A stretch of DNA of 64,000 bases from a virus (Duplodnaviria; Caudoviricetes). Positions 55,579 to 62,132 of the stretch are shown piece by piece (within the stretch, counting starts at the first letter, position 1; each line of letters opens with the position of its first letter). Where the stretch lies: the IMG/VR virus record IMGVR_UViG_3300025723_000033, positions 2,441-66,440 of that record, one strand, 5' to 3'. The position numbers were made by a program, and so were the translations under genes. A model generated the notes under the pieces. That model saw only the letters and a program-made list of their open reading frames with translations, was not told the origin of the DNA and did not search any database.

Positions 55579-58500
55579 ATGAACATACATGAGTTAGACA
55601 GCTATAACCTTGCCGACGCAGTAAAGTTTAACGACAAACTAAATCCTGCGCTCTGGCAAGGTCAGCACATGCGCCCTGAAGTTCGTGATCAACTGCTGAC
55701 TATTGCAGAAGACTTTCGCGAACATCTTGGGCTTTCCAACCTAGATGTCAAAGACATCACAGTGTCAGGCAGCAATGCCGGCTATACATACACTCCCACA
55801 TCAGACATTGATCTGCATCTAGTGGTCCAAATGCCACATACTGATAATGAAGTGTATCGTGAATTGTTTGATGCCAAAAAGTACCAATATAATGACACAC
55901 ACAACATCACCATTGGTGGATATGATGTTGAACTGTACGTAGAAGACGCAGATAAACCCCCAGTTAGTCAAGGTGTGTTCAGTGTGCTTGGTAACGACTG
56001 GATACACATACCACGTCAGCGTGCCGCTACTGTTGATGACGATGCAGTTCGCAGCAAGTATGATGACCTAAAACACCGAATTGATTCAGCAGTTGACAGT
56101 GGGAGTCTGTCTAAATTAGAGAATCTGGTAGACAAGATCAAGCGTATGAGAATGGCAGGATTGGCTGAACATGGCGAACTGGGTCCAGAAAATCTCGCCT
56201 ACAAAATGCTACGCACACAAGGTGACATAGCCAGATTGCATGACGCACGTAATGCAGCACATGATCAGGAATTGAGCTTGGCAGAATCCAACATCATGCC
56301 CAAGCCCAGAATGACCTACGGGTTCAAAAGTACAAAGAAGTTAGACGAAGTAGGAATAACTCCCGACGGAGTTAGCCCTAGCACCAAAATGTTCTTGAGT
56401 GAAACCGACGATGAAAGTATCCTGCGAGACTTTGTGGCATTTTGTGCTCGAGAACTTGAGCTAGCGACTGAACCACAGATACGATTGCGCAGAGATCCTG
56501 CTTGGTCGGCCCGAAACCGAACATTTGGTCGCTATGATCATGACAATAATCAACTGGAAATCAGCATAGGCAATCGACACATCATGGATGTGTTGCGTAC
56601 TTGTGCACACGAACTCACACATCAACGCCAGGGCGAAACTCAGCAGATAGATCCAGACTCTGGGCAAACTGGATCACCAGAAGAAAATCAAGCCAATGCC
56701 ATGGCTGGTATTATCATGCGCCGGTACGGTGCCTTGCATCCTGAACTGTTTGAAAAGTCCCCTGTAGCAGAAAGTCTTACAGAATTTGCACCACCTGACG
56801 GTGAAGGCAATCATAATGATCCAGCACACAAGGCCTATCATGAAGGCAGTATAGACGGATTTTATAGACCCCCATCTGCCACAGTAGAGCAGTATACACG
56901 CATGCGTGAATGGGACAAACTGATAGATGGTACCTACAAAAAATACTATGTATTAGGCTGGCACAAAGGGCGTGAACGTCGTGCAGAATACGATAGCAAT
57001 CGACGATCAGTCTCAGAAGCCACTGGATATATTCCCACTGCGGCCGAAATGCATGATCCCAGATATGAAATGGCTATCACACAGGATGTGCGCCCAGGTG
57101 CCATTGGTCGTGCTGCCAATGCGTTTATGTTGAATACAGACTCACAAGGTCATCCACAAGAACTACGCCCAGATGGCTTGGTCAAAAGATTGGCCGAACA
57201 GTTAGCAGCATTCAAACAACCACTCAGTGAGTCCGAACAACTAGACGAAATCAACATGGGTGGCAAAAGTCTACGAAAGTTGTCCAAGAGCATTGGCGCC
57301 CTGGCCGGTATAGAATTTGAAATGATTGTGCCCAATGTAGAAGGCGGTAACAACGATGGCGACGAAGAACCTGACTACGACTATGATGAAGCTGCCTACA
57401 GCGTTGATCAGATCTGTGATTTTTTTGATGATGGAGACTACAACAGTCGTGGTGATATTCGACGCCTGCGTGAAGCCTTGATTGAAGACTATTTGGAGTG
57501 GCGTGATGAAAAAATAAACACAGTCTGGGACGAAGATGGGTTCAGTGACTTCTTTGTGGACTGGGTAGCCAACAACATTGATACAGATGACATCAATGAT
57601 TTTTTCAAACGACCTGCAGATCATGACATCAGCAAGTCAGACGTCATGGATTACGCCAACTATCTCTGGGGCCAAGATAGTTCGGCCAAAACGGACGCAT
57701 ATGATGAATTTCGCGATGACATGGTAGAAGATTCCGAATACAATCAAGAACACTGGCTGGATGATGAGGGTCTGAGTCTCATGAGTGACATTGAAAACAG
57801 ATACAGTTTATCCTGGCCCCACTGGCAGTATTCCAGCAATGGCGGTGTCTACAGTATAGGGTCTGTGGCTGACAGTTTTGAACGAGCCATTGGTCGTCCT
57901 GTGATGTGGGGCGACGATTATCACGACATAGATCGCGATAGTGCATATCAACAGGGTGCTTATATTGTAGAACCTGACGGCAGTTTAGAACCTGATTCCA
58001 ACAACGACCGCGGATTGGAATTTGTGAGCCCGCCTTTGCCACTGGACGAACTGGCCAAAGACATGCAAAAGGTCCGAGCCTGGGCCAAGGACAACAACTG
58101 CTATACTGGCAAGCGAAACAAAACTGGCTTACACATCAATGTGAGTGTGCCAGGCCTAGATGAAGAAATGAAAAATCTAGACCTTGTGAAACTGGCCTTG
58201 ATGTTGGGTGACAACTATGTGGCCAATGAATTTGGCAGACTGGGCAACAACTATGCCAGGTCAGTGTATAACATTGTGATGAACAATATCCGTGATCGTC
58301 CCGAAACTGCTGAAGTGTTGTTGGATAAAATGCGTGAGAATCTCAGCCGAGCTGCAACTCGTGTCATACACAATGTCAAAACAGAAAAATATAGCAGTAT
58401 CAATGTCAAGGATGGTTATATTGAATTCAGATCACCTGGTGGCGACTGGCTGGATGCCAACTTTGACAAGATTCAAAAGACCCTGGAACGTTTTGTTGTG

Positions 58501-59898
58501 GCCACGGATGCTGCAGTGGACCCTGACAAGTATCGCAAAGAGTATTTGAAAAAACTGTATCGTGCGCTTAGTGGCACAGAGATTGAACATGCCACAGATC
58601 CCACCACAGGCAAGAAAACTTTTAAGATCAATACTGAAGCAGACTTTGCCAAGTTGTTGAGTGAATACATGGCTGGTAAGTTTGATCGAGACGAGCTCAA
58701 AAGAATTGCTACCTATCAACGACAACTGGGTCAAGATCAGCCTGGTACCAAACAAGTGTATCGCATGGTCAACCCGGATACTGATCAAGAATATGCCAGG
58801 TTTACCACTACCAGTGCAGAAAAAGCTGATGCACAGGCCAAACTTTATGGTGTGGAACATGACATTCCGTGGTACCAGTATATTTTACTTGATCCCAACA
58901 TGCAGGTTGTGGGTGGAGATCTGCGTCACACTGCAAAACCTGGACGGCACAGTGATCCCAACGGTCGTTATGAAATTGTGAGTCGTACTACAGGTGATGG
59001 AGCACAACCAAGATTTATGTTCAGCGTAGCACCACAACAGATACCCTATGTGTTACAGGCCTGGGCTGACAGAAATGGCACTAGCCCTGCAGACTGGAAA
59101 GTGATTGAAATAGACAGTGGCAATGAAATGCCATCTAACAGACCCAGTTACGCCAGTGCATCAGGCGAAGATCCGTTATGGTCGGTATATTTGCGAACCA
59201 ACATGGCACGCAGTGTGGAAGTTCGTGCACCAGACCAGCAGGCTGCATTGACCGCAGCTCACGAAGCTGATCCTGACAGTTTTCCTGACTCAGTGACCAT
59301 GAATGATGTTGTGATATCCAATCTAAATCCAACTGGATCAGAAAATTTTAATCAATATCAAATTGTCAATCAAAACAATCAAGAAGTAGCAGTGGGGTTC
59401 GCAGCTGCAAATGACGAAGCGGCACTGGCCAGACTTGATCAATATCAGCGTAGTCATCCTGATGAGTCGTATGTTGTGCAAACTGCTGATGGAATTCAAA
59501 TTGTTGGATTAGACATCGAACAGAATTTTCCTGACAGAATCTGGGAAATTTACAGGCTCTCCAATCCCAGTGAGGTTTATCACACAATCACTGCACCAAA
59601 TCAAGTGGCTGCAGTGTATCAGGCCAGCACCTTATTGAACAGAAATGGGTTGAATTCCGACGAGTTTGATCTTCGACCAGCCGCAGTCTCAGGATCAACC
59701 CAAGATCTACAACAACAACGTGCCACACCAGGCTCATTCACTGGCGCATGGCGAGTGTTAGATACACAGGGTCGTGAAGTTTATCGTTTCAGCGGCATAG
59801 GCAATATGCAAGCAGATGCCAATCGTGCGGCCATTGATTGGTTGCAAAACAACGGCTATGATCCTGCAGAATACAGTGTTCTTCCCATAGTGAGTTAA
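55579..59898 (+). CDS. 1439-aa multidomain protein: Pol-beta-type nucleotidyltransferase + HExxH metallopeptidase + amidoligase (COOH-NH2 ligase) + C-terminal repeats
   Basis: GSNAG...SDIDLH; AHELTH; GIEFEM...EPDGSL...GLEFVSPP...TGLHINV...EFRSPGG; domains separated by L/V-x-E motifs. Confidence 0.75.
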   Translation: MNIHELDSYNLADAVKFNDKLNPALWQGQHMRPEVRDQLLTIAEDFREHLGLSNLDVKDITVSGSNAGYTYTPTSDIDLHLVVQMPHTDNEVYRELFDAKKYQYNDTHNITIGGYDVELYVEDADKPPVSQGVFSVLGNDWIHIPRQRAATVDDDAVRSKYDDLKHRIDSAVDSGSLSKLENLVDKIKRMRMAGLAEHGELGPENLAYKMLRTQGDIARLHDARNAAHDQELSLAESNIMPKPRMTYGFKSTKKLDEVGITPDGVSPSTKMFLSETDDESILRDFVAFCARELELATEPQIRLRRDPAWSARNRTFGRYDHDNNQLEISIGNRHIMDVLRTCAHELTHQRQGETQQIDPDSGQTGSPEENQANAMAGIIMRRYGALHPELFEKSPVAESLTEFAPPDGEGNHNDPAHKAYHEGSIDGFYRPPSATVEQYTRMREWDKLIDGTYKKYYVLGWHKGRERRAEYDSNRRSVSEATGYIPTAAEMHDPRYEMAITQDVRPGAIGRAANAFMLNTDSQGHPQELRPDGLVKRLAEQLAAFKQPLSESEQLDEINMGGKSLRKLSKSIGALAGIEFEMIVPNVEGGNNDGDEEPDYDYDEAAYSVDQICDFFDDGDYNSRGDIRRLREALIEDYLEWRDEKINTVWDEDGFSDFFVDWVANNIDTDDINDFFKRPADHDISKSDVMDYANYLWGQDSSAKTDAYDEFRDDMVEDSEYNQEHWLDDEGLSLMSDIENRYSLSWPHWQYSSNGGVYSIGSVADSFERAIGRPVMWGDDYHDIDRDSAYQQGAYIVEPDGSLEPDSNNDRGLEFVSPPLPLDELAKDMQKVRAWAKDNNCYTGKRNKTGLHINVSVPGLDEEMKNLDLVKLALMLGDNYVANEFGRLGNNYARSVYNIVMNNIRDRPETAEVLLDKMRENLSRAATRVIHNVKTEKYSSINVKDGYIEFRSPGGDWLDANFDKIQKTLERFVVATDAAVDPDKYRKEYLKKLYRALSGTEIEHATDPTTGKKTFKINTEADFAKLLSEYMAGKFDRDELKRIATYQRQLGQDQPGTKQVYRMVNPDTDQEYARFTTTSAEKADAQAKLYGVEHDIPWYQYILLDPNMQVVGGDLRHTAKPGRHSDPNGRYEIVSRTTGDGAQPRFMFSVAPQQIPYVLQAWADRNGTSPADWKVIEIDSGNEMPSNRPSYASASGEDPLWSVYLRTNMARSVEVRAPDQQAALTAAHEADPDSFPDSVTMNDVVISNLNPTGSENFNQYQIVNQNNQEVAVGFAAANDEAALARLDQYQRSHPDESYVVQTADGIQIVGLDIEQNFPDRIWEIYRLSNPSEVYHTITAPNQVAAVYQASTLLNRNGLNSDEFDLRPAAVSGSTQDLQQQRATPGSFTGAWRVLDTQGREVYRFSGIGNMQADANRAAIDWLQNNGYDPAEYSVLPIVS

Positions 59899-59901
59899 AA
59901 A

Positions 59902-60570
59902 TTGAATGACCTTAGCGTTGTTATTGTAACTTACCGCCGAGATCTCTCTTTGTTTGAAAGATGTATACAATCTATTGCCAAATACGGCATTGTTGCACAT
60001 GACATAAACATTGTCGTGGTAGTCAATGATGATTTTGCATTATTAAATGACATTGTTGCATTGACTGCTCCATTGAGCATAAACATTAATGTTTTACATT
60101 ACAGCGAGTTGACAGATTGGACTGGCCATATTGGATGGGATAGTCAACAATATTTCAAGTTAGCCATAGCCAACTTTGTCAAAACTACATGGTATTTGGT
60201 GCTGGACAGTGACAACTGTCTTTGGGATCATGTGCCAGCCAGTGCAATCTTTGTTGATAATCGTGCTAGCTATCTTTGGACCCAGACCACTGACCATCAC
60301 AAAAATTATTTGCACAATGCTTTGTTATTTTGGAACAGTGAGCCGTTGGATTATTCCATGGGAGATAGCACCCCGTTTGTGCTGCACACTGCCACTGTTA
60401 GAAAACTACTTCAGCATACTGACCCACAATGGTTTAATTTTGACAACCAAGGTGCATTGTATACCTTTGAATTTTTTTTATATTATGCATATTTAAAATA
60501 CACAAATACATTGGATATTCTGTACTTCAAAAAAACCACCGGACCATTAATTCGGGGCATACAGAGATAA
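59902..60570 (+). CDS. Glycosyltransferase-like protein (DUF6492-like)
   Basis: VVIVTYRRDL, GWDSQQYFKL, YLVLDSDN. Confidence 0.65.
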   Translation: MNDLSVVIVTYRRDLSLFERCIQSIAKYGIVAHDINIVVVVNDDFALLNDIVALTAPLSININVLHYSELTDWTGHIGWDSQQYFKLAIANFVKTTWYLVLDSDNCLWDHVPASAIFVDNRASYLWTQTTDHHKNYLHNALLFWNSEPLDYSMGDSTPFVLHTATVRKLLQHTDPQWFNFDNQGALYTFEFFLYYAYLKYTNTLDILYFKKTTGPLIRGIQR

Positions 60571-60588
60571 TAACCCACTAAATAATAG

Positions 60589-60873
60589 ATGAGTCAAAAT
60601 TTTGTTAAAATAATAGCCGATGTGCACTGCGATTGTGCTCTTGATCAACGACCTATTTACAGACTGTATGTGAACGATGAACTGTTTACAGAACGCACCT
60701 GGATTTGGGACAATGTGTATTTAGAAGAAACCATACCTATATCAGCAGAACCTGGCGATTATGTCATACGCTACGAGCTGGTACCGGGCACCTCAGCAGG
60801 ATTAAATATACAAAACTTGCGAGTGGCGGAAGGCTCTGCTACCATCCAAGATTCCATACTAAGGATACGATAA
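60589..60873 (+). CDS. Hypothetical protein (94 aa)
   Basis: TAAATA(60579-60584)-N4-ATG; YRLYVNDELFTERTWIW. Confidence 0.75.
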   Translation: MSQNFVKIIADVHCDCALDQRPIYRLYVNDELFTERTWIWDNVYLEETIPISAEPGDYVIRYELVPGTSAGLNIQNLRVAEGSATIQDSILRIR

Positions 60874-61061
60874 TGCGAGCTCGTGAATTTATACGTGAAA
60901 ATGCATCAACAGTTTCTGGCAGCATGGCCACTGTGGCCATGCCCTTGGGTGGCATGCTTAGTCGAAATGCCGGAAGTTTCTTTGCTGGGCATAAATACTC
61001 TAATGACGAGACTCCAAACACGCCTGCGGAGTACAAAACATACAAGAAACGGAAAAAGTGA
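60873..61061 (+). CDS. Small protein with internal-protein-like leader MRAREFIRE (62 aa)
   Basis: TAATG coupling; start reassigned to 60873. Confidence 0.65.
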   Translation: MRAREFIRENASTVSGSMATVAMPLGGMLSRNAGSFFAGHKYSNDETPNTPAEYKTYKKRKK

Positions 61062-61501
61062 TGTTAGCTGATTTGTTAAAAACATTGTTGGGAACGCAGT
61101 TTGCTCATTATATAAAGGCACATGCATTCCATTGGAATGTTGAAACTCCTGACTTTTATCAGTATCACAAGTTTTTCCAAAAAATCTATGAAGATGCTTA
61201 CGAAGCCATAGATCCCACAGCAGAATACATACGCAGTTTGGACGAATATGCTCCTGGCAGTATGGAGCGTTTTTTAGAACTCAGTGTAATACCCGGACAA
61301 ACCAAAATCCCACGTGCCCGACTCATGATTGAAGAATTGCTGGCCGACAGTGAAGTCATGGTTGATTTGCTCAACCAATGCTTTGCAGCCGCTACTCAAG
61401 AAAACAAACAAGACATTGCCAACTTTATTGCTGAAAGACTCAGCCAAACCAACAAGTTTGCCTGGCAATTGCGTAGTAGTTTAAAAGAGGCAAGGGCGTG
61501 A
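61058..61501 (+). CDS. dps: Dps / DNA-binding ferritin-like protein
   Basis: KAHAFHWNV...HKFFQKIYED...DPTAEYIRSL; KFAWQLRS. Confidence 0.88.
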   Translation: MMLADLLKTLLGTQFAHYIKAHAFHWNVETPDFYQYHKFFQKIYEDAYEAIDPTAEYIRSLDEYAPGSMERFLELSVIPGQTKIPRARLMIEELLADSEVMVDLLNQCFAAATQENKQDIANFIAERLSQTNKFAWQLRSSLKEARA

Positions 61502-61502
61502 T

Positions 61503-62132
61503 ATGGATTCTGAATTCCGCAGCATAGTTGAACGCTTGGCCGTTCTTGAAGGACGTATTACTCCTGTCACTGTAAAGCATGGACTCAACGCCCAGCAAAA
61601 GAGTGCACATCAGTTGCCTGCGCTGTTTAAACCACACACTGTATCTGTGCTAAATGCCAAGACTGATCCCAAAAATCCCATGGGCGGTTACATGGTGGGC
61701 GGTAGTGAAAGTGCTGAAGATGATCGTGATGTAGTGGAAGATGTCATAGGCAAGGTAAAAAAGAGCCTGACTGATTATTTGAAAAATCTTGAAGATCAAA
61801 TACACGTAGACGGTGATTTGAAAGACAAAAAGCCTGGAGATAGCGATCTCAAACAAAAGACCAAAGAAATTCGCGACTTATTGCCACGAGTTCAAGAGCA
61901 CGGCACCAACTTGCCCGAAGGCTATCCTGTGATGGCCATTGCCATGGAAGACGGTAGTCGTTGTGAAATACACGGTGACGATGATTCTGGTTATGAAATT
62001 CGTCGACTGGGTCGTGCGCTACCAACACGTTTTGAAAACCTAGACCATGCCATGATGGCCACACACATGTACAACTCACGCATGCGTCGACGTCACCCTG
62101 ATCAGCAACAAGATTATATTGAGGAAAAATAA
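61503..62132 (+). CDS. Hypothetical protein (209 aa), probable head protein
   Basis: Acidic/basic blocks; ends DYIEEK like the 53266 protein. Confidence 0.7.
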   Translation: MDSEFRSIVERLAVLEGRITPVTVKHGLNAQQKSAHQLPALFKPHTVSVLNAKTDPKNPMGGYMVGGSESAEDDRDVVEDVIGKVKKSLTDYLKNLEDQIHVDGDLKDKKPGDSDLKQKTKEIRDLLPRVQEHGTNLPEGYPVMAIAMEDGSRCEIHGDDDSGYEIRRLGRALPTRFENLDHAMMATHMYNSRMRRRHPDQQQDYIEEK

